Positions 40,665 to 50,994 of a DNA stretch of 64,000 nt are shown one piece after another. The first letter of the stretch is position 1. Each line of letters begins with the position of its first letter. The position numbers were made by a program, and so were the translations under genes. This DNA is from Trueperaceae bacterium. GTDB taxonomy: Bacteria; Deinococcota; Deinococci; Deinococcales; Trueperaceae. The DNA lies in assembly GCA_965215565.1 (NCBI GenBank), contig CBDCDZ010000004.1:576001-640000 (forward strand), in the 5' to 3' direction. The notes under the pieces are model-generated. The model did no database searches. It was given only the letters and a program-made list of their open reading frames with translations, and was not told the DNA's origin.

Positions 40665-42239
40665 TTGAATACACCTACCCATACACCAACCCAAGAAAGC
40701 GAGCGAGGCGTGGAACATGAGGCTAAGGAGCAGGCGATAGCGAGGTCAGAAGAAACGGCGTCGGATCGGCAAGAGCAAGAGGTCGAAGAGACGCGGGCTG
40801 GAGAGATAGCGTCTCGAGAGACGCTAGTCGGAGCAGCTTCCGAAGGCGATGCGGGAGAAAAGCTTTACGCTGCACATGAAGACGTGACAAGTGAGGACGT
40901 AACAAGTAAAAATATGGTTGCAGCGCAGGAACAAGCAGATGAGGGGCGAGAAGGTACCGCGAACAGTGACGTGGGACCCCCCCGAATCGCCCCTACGTCA
41001 GCCTCCAGCGCAGAACCCTCACCCACATTGACCTCGTCCCCGGCGCGCACGATGCGTCGTGTTTTTCTCCTTCTAGGGCTCCTCTTCACGGTTGGGCTCG
41101 TCGCTCTGGGTACTCAGCGCTCCGAACCTCAGCCCCAACTCGTGCAGCGCGGTCTACCTGAGGTTGTCGCGCCGCAAGGGGAGTTGCTGAGCCTATTTGA
41201 AGAGACACGCCCGGCGAGCTTGCAGATCGAGGTCAGGAGCGGCAACGTCTTTAGCTCGGTGGTGCAGGGCGTCGGCACGGGCTTTTTTATCTCGCCAGAC
41301 GGTCTGGTCCTGACCGCTTACCACGTCGTCGATCCGACAAACATACGCGATTCTCGCAGCCGCGCAGTGATTGGGGTAGGTCCTGACGAGACGCGCTATC
41401 CCTTAGAACTCGTCGGCTTCGACGCTTACCTGGACTTGGCGCTCTTGCAAGCGGACGTGCCGGATGAGGTGCCTTATCTTCCCTTAGCCGGTATGTCGAC
41501 GACGATAGGCAGCCAGGTTTTAGCGATCGGTAACTCTCGGGGCGACTTCTTGGAGGGACGCACCGGTGAGGTGACGCGCCTAGACGTCGCGCCTCTACGT
41601 TCCGACTTCGCCGACACCGCCATCGAACTCACCGCCCCGCTCGCGCCCGGCGACTCGGGCGGTCCGGTCATCAACCTAAACGGCGAGGCGATCGGCGTGG
41701 TGAGCTACATCGCGCTGACGGGCGCGCCGCAGAGCGGGTTTCTCGAGCCCTTCGCGGCGCAAACGGGACGCTTCAGCTCCTTCGCCATCCCCATCTCTGC
41801 CGAGAGCGACGTTATCGCGAGCCTGCGCGCGGGTGAGCGGCGCGACATCCCCGTAATCGGCTTCGAGGTGGGCGCGCCGCGCTACGGTTTGGGCAGGGAG
41901 TATAACCCGCGCCGCTCGAGGCGCTTCGACTTGGGTCCACGCTCGGGCATCATCGTGAACACCGTGATCCCTGGGGGTCCCGCCGATGAAGCGGGGCTGC
42001 GGAGCCTCGAGGCGGAGCCTATCGCCAACGACGCCGGACAGGTCATCGACTTCGCTCTCCAGGTGGATGTGATCACTGCCGTCGATGGTCAGCGCACCCG
42101 CGACTTTTACGAGCTACTCGGCATCTTGCGGGACAAAGGCGTCGGCGCTGAGGTGACGGTCACGGTGCAGCGCGGCGACGAGACGGTGGACTTGGAGCTG
42201 GAGCTAGCTCCTAGAACTACAACCTTTAGGACTCAGTAA
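40665..42239 (+). CDS. S1C (HtrA/DegP-like) serine protease with PDZ domain; start uncertain
   Basis: GTGF, TAYHVV, DLALL, PGDSGGP, C-terminal PDZ; acidic disordered N-terminus plus TM. Confidence 0.88.
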   Translation: MNTPTHTPTQESERGVEHEAKEQAIARSEETASDRQEQEVEETRAGEIASRETLVGAASEGDAGEKLYAAHEDVTSEDVTSKNMVAAQEQADEGREGTANSDVGPPRIAPTSASSAEPSPTLTSSPARTMRRVFLLLGLLFTVGLVALGTQRSEPQPQLVQRGLPEVVAPQGELLSLFEETRPASLQIEVRSGNVFSSVVQGVGTGFFISPDGLVLTAYHVVDPTNIRDSRSRAVIGVGPDETRYPLELVGFDAYLDLALLQADVPDEVPYLPLAGMSTTIGSQVLAIGNSRGDFLEGRTGEVTRLDVAPLRSDFADTAIELTAPLAPGDSGGPVINLNGEAIGVVSYIALTGAPQSGFLEPFAAQTGRFSSFAIPISAESDVIASLRAGERRDIPVIGFEVGAPRYGLGREYNPRRSRRFDLGPRSGIIVNTVIPGGPADEAGLRSLEAEPIANDAGQVIDFALQVDVITAVDGQRTRDFYELLGILRDKGVGAEVTVTVQRGDETVDLELELAPRTTTFRTQ

Positions 42240-42256
42240 GCGTTTCACAAAAACTA

Positions 42257-42367
42257 TAGCAGGTATCATCTGGTTTGAGCCAATCTCACATGGTAGAACA
42301 ACGACTAGCACGCACATTGTCGGATGATATCTACGCTATTTCAGTCCAATACTTTTGATAACCGCTA
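42257..42367 (+). mobile_element. MITE family B short form (111 bp)
   Basis: Same TIRs, TA duplication. Confidence 0.85.
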
Positions 42368-42391
42368 TAGTAGGGAGCCCGCAAAAATAAG

Positions 42392-42421
42392 AAAGAAGCT
42401 CGGCTTTTGCCGAGCTTCTTT
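42392..42421. terminator. Bidirectional terminator downstream of tRNA-Ile
   Basis: AAAGAAGCTCGGC TTTT GCCGAGCTTCTTT. Confidence 0.75.
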
Positions 42422-42425
42422 GCAG

Positions 42426-42499
42426 TGAGCGATGGTGGATTTGAACCACCGACCTCGTCGTTATCAGCGACGCGCTCTAACCAACTGAGCTAATCGCTC
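42426..42499 (-). tRNA. tRNA-Ile (GAU), CCA not encoded
   Basis: GAGCGAT/ATCGCTC acceptor stem, D arm, CGTCG-CTGATAA-CGACG anticodon arm, GGTGG-TTCAAAT-CCACC T arm; TTGACC-18-TAGACT promoter upstream. Confidence 0.96.
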
Positions 42500-42630
42500 C
42501 CAAACAGAAAGAGAGTCTAGCATAGGGTTTCGCGCGGGGTCAAGCCCAGCGAGCCTCAGCCTTCCCCCTTTCCTAAAAGCCTTCTTTCGTCTCCTAAACG
42601 TGAGGGGCGCGTAGGCGTTCGCCCCTCTTA

Positions 42631-42988
42631 TACGGATTCCGATTGATTACTGCATAAACTCCGACGCTTCGCGCTTCTACGGAGTCGGAGTTGATTCCGT
42701 CCCTTTCAGGGGTACTTCGTGAAGCTCATCGGAATCCGTACTTTTTCATCTCGCAAGACCCTCAGCGAGAGGTATCGTTCTCCCGGAGGAGGGCTACGCA
42801 AACGGGCAGGCACAGGTGAACGCTGAAAGCGATGCGAGCGTTGCTCGTAACCTGACCCTGCCGTTGCATCTTTCAATCTACGCGCGTAGATAACGGTTCA
42901 GTGTGCAGTCGCGTGGACCGCTCCCGTTAGCTGCTGAGGACTCTTCTCCGCTCGGGGTAATTCCTACGGGAATTACCCGGAAACCGTA
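42631..42988 (+). mobile_element. MITE family D copy (358 bp) with multiple nested small modules
   Basis: Ends shared with 32430-32655; TTA duplication. Confidence 0.82.
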
Positions 42989-43088
42989 TTATGCACGCAT
43001 GATACCGTGAACTCCTACAGAGGCGCAGCTACGCTTGCTATACTCTCTATTATCATGAATCCGATTCTCATCTCAAGAGGGGTGTCAC

Positions 43089-44303
43089 GTGGCAAGGCTT
43101 AAAAAGATTCTGAGTCAGTTCTTGCTCGGCTTGGAGCGAGACTTTCACACCTTTCGCCGCGAGTTCAACCGCTTCCGGCGCGACCGCCCCTTCGACATCG
43201 TGCCGTATCTCTCGTACGGTTCGGCGGAGCGCATCTACCTCAAGGGGCGCGTAATGAAGGATAAAAGCCTCGCCGTCGTGACGCCCGACACCCCGCGGTG
43301 GCGCAATTTCGTCAACACCTATAAGCGTTTTGTGAACGACAAGGTGCCCAACGCCCGCCTAGAAATCGACTTCGCGGGGCGCAAGCACGAGGTCACGACG
43401 GACTCTAAAGGCTACTACGAAACTTGGCTCGAGCCCCCACCCAGCTTTCCCCCGCAGGACGACTGGTACGAGGTCAGCCTCACCCTCTTAGAGCCGCGCC
43501 GGGAGGACATGCCGCTGGCGAACGCGACGGGCTCGGTTCTCATCCCCTCCGGCGACGCCGAGTTCGGCGTCATCAGCGACATGGACGACACCGTCATCCA
43601 GACCGACGTCACCAAATGGCTGCGCGTCATCGGCACAGTTCTATTCGGCAACGCCTACACGCGCTTGCCCTTCAAAGGCGTCGCGGCTTTTTACACTGCT
43701 CTGCAAAAGGGTACGCAACCTGGAAACAACCCGCTCTTCTACGTCTCCAGCAGCCCCTGGAACCTCTACGACCTCATCTTGCGCCTCCTTAAAATCGAAG
43801 ACATTCCACTGGGTCCTATCATGCTCCGCAACTGGCGCAGCGGCGGCGGCGAACTCTTCCCGAGCGAGCACGGCTCGTTCAAGAAGGGTGAGGTGCAGCG
43901 CATCTTAGATACCTACAGCGACTTGCCCTTTATCCTGATCGGCGACTCGGGCGAGCAAGACCCCGAAATCTACAGCGACGTCGTGGCGAGCTATCCGGGA
44001 CGCATCTTGGCGGTCTACATCCGCAACGTCAGCGCGAACGAGACTAGGGAGACCTCGATCCGCGAACTTGCCGAGAACGTGCAGAGACACGGCAGCAAAC
44101 TCGTCCTCGCCGACGATACCTTGGCGGCTGCTAAACACGCCGCCGACGAGGGCTGGATTTTAGAGAGCGCCCTGCCCGACATCCGCGACCAAAAGACGAA
44201 GCACGACGCGCTTTTTGAAGAGCACGAGGAGACCGTCGCTACCGTCTTCGATACCTCATCCGACGCGCCCGACCTCTCGAAACCCGCCGAGGTGCAACCT
44301 TGA
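43089..44303 (+). CDS. App1/DUF2183 family phosphatidate phosphatase-like protein
   Basis: ISDMDDTV, FYVSSSPWNLY, LIGDSGEQDPEIY. Confidence 0.9.
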   Translation: MARLKKILSQFLLGLERDFHTFRREFNRFRRDRPFDIVPYLSYGSAERIYLKGRVMKDKSLAVVTPDTPRWRNFVNTYKRFVNDKVPNARLEIDFAGRKHEVTTDSKGYYETWLEPPPSFPPQDDWYEVSLTLLEPRREDMPLANATGSVLIPSGDAEFGVISDMDDTVIQTDVTKWLRVIGTVLFGNAYTRLPFKGVAAFYTALQKGTQPGNNPLFYVSSSPWNLYDLILRLLKIEDIPLGPIMLRNWRSGGGELFPSEHGSFKKGEVQRILDTYSDLPFILIGDSGEQDPEIYSDVVASYPGRILAVYIRNVSANETRETSIRELAENVQRHGSKLVLADDTLAAAKHAADEGWILESALPDIRDQKTKHDALFEEHEETVATVFDTSSDAPDLSKPAEVQP

Positions 44304-44516
44304 AGGGTGGTAAACTAGGGGCAATCTAAAAACGTGTTGGCGTTGCACGTTCACCGTAGAAAGGTGCGGGACTAACCTAAATTAGAGACGTTTGCGGTTC
44401 TCGTCTCGAGCGTAACTTCAGTGAAATAGTTTAGATTAGTTAGACCGGAGCACTTGGTACGGTAGCTTAAATAACGTCATCAAACCGAGAACACAGCGAT
44501 AACACGTAATGATTTA

Positions 44517-45644
44517 GTGGAGGGCAGTATGGCACGCTGGACAAAAGCGATTCACAACCTGGAAACGCGCGTTGACCGCTTCCGCAACGAACTCAAAAAC
44601 CGCTACAGTGACGACCCCGTCACCGTGCAGCCTTACATCAGTTACGGCACGCAGGAGCGCTTCTATGTGAGGGGGCGCGTCTTGGAGGAAAAGGCGCTCT
44701 CTAAAGCCGACGCCGACGCTTCGGCGTGGGAGAACTTCTCGAGCGCCTGGAAGCGTTTTCGCAGCGAAGAGGTGCCCCTTGCCCGCGTCAAAGTTAGGTT
44801 TGGCGGACGCGAGCAAGAGACCATCACCGATGATGAGGGCTTTTTCTACCTCTGGTTGAACGCGCCCACCCCACTGCCCCCGAGCAACGACGGCTTCCAC
44901 CAAGTCGAGGTGGAACTCTTAGAACCGCTACGCGGCAGCACGCCACCTGAGATCGACACCTTGCCCGTCGCCGTGCCGCGCGGAAATGCGCAGTTCGGCA
45001 TCATCAGCGACATGGACGATACGGTGTTGCAAACCGGCGCAACGAACGCCATCGGCATGGCGAAAAAGGTGCTCTTCGGCAACGCCAGGACCCGCGTGCC
45101 CTTCGAAGGGGTCTCCGCGTTTTACGACGCCTTGCAGCACGAGCAAAATCCAATCTTTTATGTTTCTTCAAGTCCCTGGAACCTCTACGATTTGCTCATC
45201 GAATTTCTGGAGATCAACGACATTCCGGTAGGTCCTATCATGCTCCGCGACTGGGGCATCTCCCCTACCGAACTCCTGCCGACTTCACACAGCGGTCACA
45301 AGCGCGAAGCCATCGACCAGATTTTAGAGACCTACCCGGACTTGCCCTTTATCCTCATCGGCGACAGCGGACAAGAGGACCCCGAAATCTACAAGAGCGT
45401 CGTGCACGACTATCCGGGGCGCATCTTGGGCGTCTATATCCGCAGCGTGCACGAGGAGGAGGCGCGCGGCGAAAAGATTCAGGCGCTCGCCCAAGAGGTC
45501 GAGAAAGCAGGGAGCCACCTCGTCTTGGCCAAAGACACGCTAGAGGCGGCGGAGCACGCGGCGGGGCAAGGCTGGATCAGCATGGAGAGCATCGCGGAGG
45601 TGGGGCGCAGGAAGACTCGAGATGAGCAAGAGGTGCCGCTGTAG
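44517..45644 (+). CDS. App1/DUF2183 family protein, tandem paralog
   Basis: ISDMDDTV, FYVSSSPWNLY, LIGDSGQEDPEIY. Confidence 0.9.
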   Translation: MEGSMARWTKAIHNLETRVDRFRNELKNRYSDDPVTVQPYISYGTQERFYVRGRVLEEKALSKADADASAWENFSSAWKRFRSEEVPLARVKVRFGGREQETITDDEGFFYLWLNAPTPLPPSNDGFHQVEVELLEPLRGSTPPEIDTLPVAVPRGNAQFGIISDMDDTVLQTGATNAIGMAKKVLFGNARTRVPFEGVSAFYDALQHEQNPIFYVSSSPWNLYDLLIEFLEINDIPVGPIMLRDWGISPTELLPTSHSGHKREAIDQILETYPDLPFILIGDSGQEDPEIYKSVVHDYPGRILGVYIRSVHEEEARGEKIQALAQEVEKAGSHLVLAKDTLEAAEHAAGQGWISMESIAEVGRRKTRDEQEVPL

Positions 45645-45669
45645 CGCGCCGAGCGGTTAAGATTAGCTC

Positions 45670-46428
45670 ATGCAAGGTGCTCCAGCAGAATTCACCTTAA
45701 CCGAGTCATACCTGAGCCAGCGGCGTAAGGTAGCGCGCTTGACGGTCATCTCGGTGACGGTTTTATGCGCCGTTCTCGGCGTCGTATCGCTCGTCACGTC
45801 TACTTTAGCCCTGCGAAGCGGTGCCCTTTTGCCCGGCGTAGTTTTTTTAGGCTTGAGCGCTGCCGCCCTCTTTCTCGTCTTCTCGAGCCGCAACCTCTAC
45901 AGCCGTTTAGTCGGAAACCTCGAGCAGCGCCGCGTCACGCTAGAGCGCAAACAGCTCGCAGACGCTACGGCTCAAAGGACTCGGAGCGTTGCGCTTAGAG
46001 ACATCAAGCGGCTCGAGGTCATAAGAGACCGTCAGGGCGCGTTGCTCGCGTTCAATGTACAAACAGAGACGAGCACGCTCACCTTTACGGGATTGGAAAA
46101 TATGGACGCGCTACTAGAGGCGCTCTCGGGTTTAAGTCACGTGGACGTGACGGAAGAGACCAAGTGGCTTCCCTTTAGGCACACCGAACTTCAATTCGCA
46201 TTCTATATCGGCGCGGGCGCACTTCTCCTAGCGCTCAGCGAGCTACTTGCGCCAGCGATGCGCCCATCGCTCTTCACGGTTGTGATTGTCGGTTGGTTTG
46301 TCGCTTTTGGAGTGCTCGAGCTACTCCAGAGCAGAGACGCCGACACGCAGTATCTCCGTGAAAAGCGGCGGGGCAGCTTTACGTACATTATTTTAGGGGT
46401 GCTTGTGCTGGGGCTCGAGTGGCTTTAG
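45670..46428 (+). CDS. Hypothetical membrane protein
   Basis: Multiple hydrophobic segments; co-oriented ORF. Confidence 0.6.
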   Translation: MQGAPAEFTLTESYLSQRRKVARLTVISVTVLCAVLGVVSLVTSTLALRSGALLPGVVFLGLSAAALFLVFSSRNLYSRLVGNLEQRRVTLERKQLADATAQRTRSVALRDIKRLEVIRDRQGALLAFNVQTETSTLTFTGLENMDALLEALSGLSHVDVTEETKWLPFRHTELQFAFYIGAGALLLALSELLAPAMRPSLFTVVIVGWFVAFGVLELLQSRDADTQYLREKRRGSFTYIILGVLVLGLEWL

Positions 46429-46557
46429 TTCTTGTTACACCGCAACTGTTACGCTGTAAATGGAGCAACCTACGAGCTTAGAACTTGTTGTTGCTCGAGC
46501 CCCCAGCAGACCAACCTCCCGAACACCCCGCACACTCGACTCTTGGTACAGTAAAGC

Positions 46558-47577
46558 ATGATTGAACGACTTCATCTCGCCAAACCGCGCGGCTTTTGCG
46601 CCGGGGTGGTCATGGCGATTCAGGCAGTGGAAGAGGCGGCGGACGAGTTGCGCGAACAGCGAGAGGGCTTAGCAGTCTATCACGCGATTGTCCACAATAA
46701 CACGGTGGTGGAGAGGCTCGAGGAGGGGCGCAGTGTGCAGTTCGTGGAGGACTTGGGGGAACTCGAGGGTGCACGAGCGAAAGCCGAAGCAGAGGGAAGA
46801 CAACTTGCGGACACGGTGGTCTTTAGCGCTCACGGCGTCAGCCCCAAGGTGCGCAGCGAGGCGGCCGCGTTAGGACTTGCTACGATTGACGCCACCTGCC
46901 CTCTAGTAACTAAAGTTCATTCCGAGTCGAAGAAGTACGCCCGCGAGGGCTACCATATCCTCTTGATCGGCGACTCAACGAAACACCAAGAGGTCATCGG
47001 CACGAAGGGCGAAGCACCCGAGGTGACGACAGTGGTGAGCGTCGTCGGCAACCGCAAACACGACCCCGCGCTCGCTGACCCGCACACTGTCAGCGTGCCC
47101 AACCCTGAAAAAGTCGTCGTGTTGACGCAAACGACGCTCTCGGTGGACGACGTGCGTAAAACCATCGACATCTTGAAAGAGCGCTTTCCCGCGCTCGTCA
47201 TCCCGCCCTCAGATGACCTTTGCTACGCGACGAAGAACCGTCAGGACGCGGTCAGGAGTATCGCGCCGCACGTGGACCTCTTCTTGGTTGTCACCAGCGA
47301 CTACTCGTCTAACGGGATGCGCCTCCTAGAACTCGCCCACGACCTCTCGGGTAACGCTAAGCGCATTGAAAGCGTGGCGGATATTGAGGAAGCGTGGTTC
47401 GAAGAGGTGCGCTCGGTAGGGATTACCTCGGCGGCCTCTACGCCTGACGATTTAGTGCAGGAGATAGTGGCGTTTTTTCGGGCGCAGAATGAAGCGTTGG
47501 AGCTTGTCGAGGAGGGTGAGTGGGAGAATATCACCTTTCGCAAGCCCAAGCGGGTACCTGCGCCAGTGGGTTCGTAA
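46558..47577 (+). CDS. ispH: 4-hydroxy-3-methylbut-2-enyl diphosphate reductase
   Basis: [36 protein letters not shown]. Confidence 0.96.
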   Translation: MIERLHLAKPRGFCAGVVMAIQAVEEAADELREQREGLAVYHAIVHNNTVVERLEEGRSVQFVEDLGELEGARAKAEAEGRQLADTVVFSAHGVSPKVRSEAAALGLATIDATCPLVTKVHSESKKYAREGYHILLIGDSTKHQEVIGTKGEAPEVTTVVSVVGNRKHDPALADPHTVSVPNPEKVVVLTQTTLSVDDVRKTIDILKERFPALVIPPSDDLCYATKNRQDAVRSIAPHVDLFLVVTSDYSSNGMRLLELAHDLSGNAKRIESVADIEEAWFEEVRSVGITSAASTPDDLVQEIVAFFRAQNEALELVEEGEWENITFRKPKRVPAPVGS

Positions 47578-47594
47578 AAGCACGCAAATCATAG

Positions 47595-48329
47595 ATGAAT
47601 CCTGTCGAGAAATTTGACAAGTCTATTCAACAGTTTACTTTTTTGAAGTGGCGGTGGCATGTACATAAAATTGGCAGAGAATTTGCACCTACAAGAGTTG
47701 ATATTTGTAGTCTTATTTTTTGCCTCGGCTCTCTTGGTCTTTTAGCTTTACTGTTTCCAATTAGAGAACGTTTGTTCACAGAGAATGCCCTTTATATCTA
47801 TTTGTTTATCATTCTCGCTGTAAGTCTTACTCCAATAATGCTCGTTTACGTTCGCGCCTTGAAGCACTCCCTCAAACGCAAATATAACTTCGAGGACGCG
47901 CCGCTTAACTCTTTAGAGAGAAAAGTGAAACTCAAAATTCTCAAAGAAGAGCTGTTCGAAAACTCGAAGGAAAAAGATGAGATTGTTACCATTCTTGAGA
48001 ACTACGTAGAAAATTTGCTCTCTTATCCCGTCGGAGGAGTAATTCTTCGACATCCTCTATCTGTGACTACTATAGTTACTCTTCCAATCTCTTTTCTAGT
48101 GAGTTTGACAGTACTCGTTATTAGACTTGATAACGATACTAACTTGAACGATCTTTGGCAACTCACGAAACTTTTGTTTGTTCTTGTCTCTCTACTCTTG
48201 CTCGTTTTCCTAATGCTCAGTCCGATAGTGGACTACTTTGTGTTAGGAAGAAGGAGATTTCTCCAAGAGATGCGGGAACTACTCATCATGCTCGAGGCCG
48301 ACCTAAAAGCTAACAATGAAAATACTTAA
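47595..48329 (+). CDS. Hypothetical membrane protein, AT-rich
   Basis: 244-aa ORF with about 4 TM; visibly lower GC than neighbours. Confidence 0.6.
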   Translation: MNPVEKFDKSIQQFTFLKWRWHVHKIGREFAPTRVDICSLIFCLGSLGLLALLFPIRERLFTENALYIYLFIILAVSLTPIMLVYVRALKHSLKRKYNFEDAPLNSLERKVKLKILKEELFENSKEKDEIVTILENYVENLLSYPVGGVILRHPLSVTTIVTLPISFLVSLTVLVIRLDNDTNLNDLWQLTKLLFVLVSLLLLVFLMLSPIVDYFVLGRRRFLQEMRELLIMLEADLKANNENT

Positions 48330-48428
48330 TTTAGGCTGGAAAACTTGACGGAAGATTGAACCCTCGAGCCCCTTCACAACTTTCAACCTAAAACGCATAC
48401 CTCTACCAAAACGGTATAACTAGGGCGA

Positions 48429-49115
48429 ATGGACGCGATGAACTCTCGAGCCCCCACCCTCAGCGTCCTCTACCTCTCTCTCCTCATCGTCTTCAACCAG
48501 TTCGCCTACCCCTTTACCGAAGTGGGCGGCGCGAGCGTCATCATCTATCAGTCAGGCTACGCGGCCATGTTTTTAGTCAGCGTCTTCATCCCCGAGGTGG
48601 GCCGTTTTCACGTCGTTTTGGCGGGGCTCACGGCGTTCGTCTTTTTTGGTTTTAGCCTCTTGTACGTTTTAGAACCTGAAGAGACGTGGCGCAACGCGGC
48701 TGTCTTTCTCTCGCTCATCCCCTTTCAAATCTCCGTCATCGTCGCTTTGTTCCGTCTAGTTTTCGGTAGACCCCGCGTCACCACCGAGGTTATCTACGCA
48801 GCGGTGAGTATCTACCTGCTTATCGGGGCGTGCTTCGTGCCGCTTTTTGGGACGCTCGAGACCTTCTCCCCCGGCTCATTTGTAGACACGCTCCACCCAA
48901 ATGAGGGCGCTGCGTGGCAGCAGCTTATCTACTTCAGCTACGTGAGCCTCACGACGCTAGGCTTTGGCGATATCTTGCCCGCGTCTTCCTGGGCGCGGTC
49001 ACTGGTGAGCTTAGAAGCGGTTATCGGCGTGCTCTACTTGGCGATTTTGATGGCGCGGTTAGTAGGTCTCTACGGGCAGCGGTGGTTGCCTGGTGAAGAC
49101 GCCGACGAGAATTAG
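48429..49115 (+). CDS. Potassium/ion channel family protein (Ion_trans_2)
   Basis: YFSYVSLTTLGFGDI.P pore motif. Confidence 0.88.
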   Translation: MDAMNSRAPTLSVLYLSLLIVFNQFAYPFTEVGGASVIIYQSGYAAMFLVSVFIPEVGRFHVVLAGLTAFVFFGFSLLYVLEPEETWRNAAVFLSLIPFQISVIVALFRLVFGRPRVTTEVIYAAVSIYLLIGACFVPLFGTLETFSPGSFVDTLHPNEGAAWQQLIYFSYVSLTTLGFGDILPASSWARSLVSLEAVIGVLYLAILMARLVGLYGQRWLPGEDADEN

Positions 49116-49125
49116 TCACCGTGGA

Positions 49126-50331
49126 TTAGTCGCCGAGAGCCACCTCCGCAGCCTCCGCGTCGCCGCCCCAGCCAAACCAGACCCACAGCCCGTAGACCAT
49201 GTTGACCAATAAAAAGGCGAAGAGGAGCAGCAAGAACAAGACGGGGTTAAGTGCTGGCCCAATGCCGACGAGGAGCGCCGCACCCCCTGCCGCGACTTTG
49301 AGGAGCGGGCTGACGACGGGGTGGCTGGGCTCGCTCTCGGTGCGCACGAGGGTCAGCTCGAGCAGCGCCACGCTCATCATAGCCACCCCTAAAAATCCGC
49401 CAATGAGCCGCTGCACCTCACCGCTGAGTACACCCTCCGCCGCAATCACGTTCGTCACGCCCGCGCCGACGGCGGCCACCGCGATAACAAAGGGCAGGTG
49501 CAAGTAGCTCCATAGCACCGTCCAGCCGCCCTGCTTAGGACGCCGCCGTCCGATAAAGTCGAAGTAGAGCCACCAGAGTCCGAGGCCCAGAGCGACCCCT
49601 AATGCAGCGCTGACGAACTCGGACGCGCCAGAGCCCTCCGCCTCCGCCAGCCCGTTGACGACGCCTACGACCGTTTCCCCCAGCACGACGATGGTAAAGA
49701 GCCCGAAGCGCGTCGGCAAGCGAGCGGTGCTAAAGGCGGGCAGCTTGCGCTGTAAGGGAGCGGTCACGATAGGGGCGAGCAAATCGGTGACGAGCGCCGT
49801 CCCGAGCAAGACGAGGTTGAAGGGCGGCGCTACGAAGACGGACGCCACCACGAGCCCGACCGAGAGGCTAAAAGCGCTCACGTACCACCGTCCGGTCTGC
49901 CTAAACGCAGGCGAAGCCACCGTCGCCCAGCCCCACATGAGGGTGATGACCGCCCGCGCCGCCGCATAGGAGAGGGCGAAGCCCGTGTAAGTCGCGCCGA
50001 GCCCATCATGGGCGTAAACAGCCATACCAATCACAGGTAGCATCAGCGCGTAGAGGTAGAGCCGCATCTCGACGCCTTCGGTTTCGAAGCGCTCACCATA
50101 AAAGGTGTCGCCAATCCAGACCCACCACACCGGAATGAAGAGGAACAAAAAGGTGCGCACGCCCGCCGCGTCCGGGTGCGCGGTCAGATGATGGGCGAGT
50201 TCGGCGATGACGGCGACGAAGAAGAGGTCGAAGAAGAGGTCCAACCAGCCGACGCCCCGCGACTCGTCGCCGCTGTGAAGGGTGGGAGCTTGCCAAGCGC
50301 TGCGTCCGGGGTGCAATTTACTGTCAGCCAT
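49126..50331 (-). CDS. Low temperature requirement protein A family membrane protein
   Basis: WLDLFFDLFFV, RFGLFTIVVLGE, WWLYF, YLHLP. Confidence 0.88.
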   Translation of the reverse strand: MADSKLHPGRSAWQAPTLHSGDESRGVGWLDLFFDLFFVAVIAELAHHLTAHPDAAGVRTFLFLFIPVWWVWIGDTFYGERFETEGVEMRLYLYALMLPVIGMAVYAHDGLGATYTGFALSYAAARAVITLMWGWATVASPAFRQTGRWYVSAFSLSVGLVVASVFVAPPFNLVLLGTALVTDLLAPIVTAPLQRKLPAFSTARLPTRFGLFTIVVLGETVVGVVNGLAEAEGSGASEFVSAALGVALGLGLWWLYFDFIGRRRPKQGGWTVLWSYLHLPFVIAVAAVGAGVTNVIAAEGVLSGEVQRLIGGFLGVAMMSVALLELTLVRTESEPSHPVVSPLLKVAAGGAALLVGIGPALNPVLFLLLLFAFLLVNMVYGLWVWFGWGGDAEAAEVALGD

Positions 50332-50412
50332 AGGTTCTCCAAAATGCGCCCCCGGTTTTTACTATGATACCCGAGTACACCTACCTCGGTCACGATTTAT
50401 TGGAGTCCCACC

Positions 50413-50994
50413 TCACAAGAGCCCTAACGCCCGCGCCCTGTTTACCGCCCCCATGCGGTCCCTTACTTCCAACTTGTTATAGACGCTCGCCAGGTACGTC
50501 TTGACCGTCTCCGGGCTAAGGTCCATGGCTTGCGCAATCGCTTTGTTGCTGCCGCCCGCGCCCAAGAGGTGGAGCACTTGCAACTCCCTGGGCGACAGCT
50601 CGGGCAAGGTCACGTCGGGCAACCAGTCGCGCCCCGGCTCGGACATCATCTTGGTGAGGCGCGCCGTCAGCTCGGCGGGGTCCGTCTCTTTGGAGAAAAA
50701 GCCTTGCGCGCCCGCGTCGCGCGCGGCTTGGACGACGGCTTCCTCCTCGAACGTCGTGAGCATGGCGACGAACACCTCGGGGACGCGCTCCCTAATCGCG
50801 CGGCAGGCGTCGATGCCGTTGCAGCGGGGCATCTTGACGTCTAAAAGGACGATATCCGGCTGGTGGATTTCGCTCTGCTCGATCGCTTCGACGCCATCCT
50901 CAGCTTGCCCCACCACCTCGAAGCCTTGCGCGGCTAGCGCGTAGGAGAGACCGACGCGAAAGAGCGGGTGGTCATCCGCTATAAGGATACGCAT
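50413..50994 (-). CDS. NarL/LuxR response regulator
   Basis: ADDH, LLDVKMP, LSPRE...SNK.IA....SPETVK. Confidence 0.93.
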   Translation of the reverse strand: MRILIADDHPLFRVGLSYALAAQGFEVVGQAEDGVEAIEQSEIHQPDIVLLDVKMPRCNGIDACRAIRERVPEVFVAMLTTFEEEAVVQAARDAGAQGFFSKETDPAELTARLTKMMSEPGRDWLPDVTLPELSPRELQVLHLLGAGGSNKAIAQAMDLSPETVKTYLASVYNKLEVRDRMGAVNRARALGLL

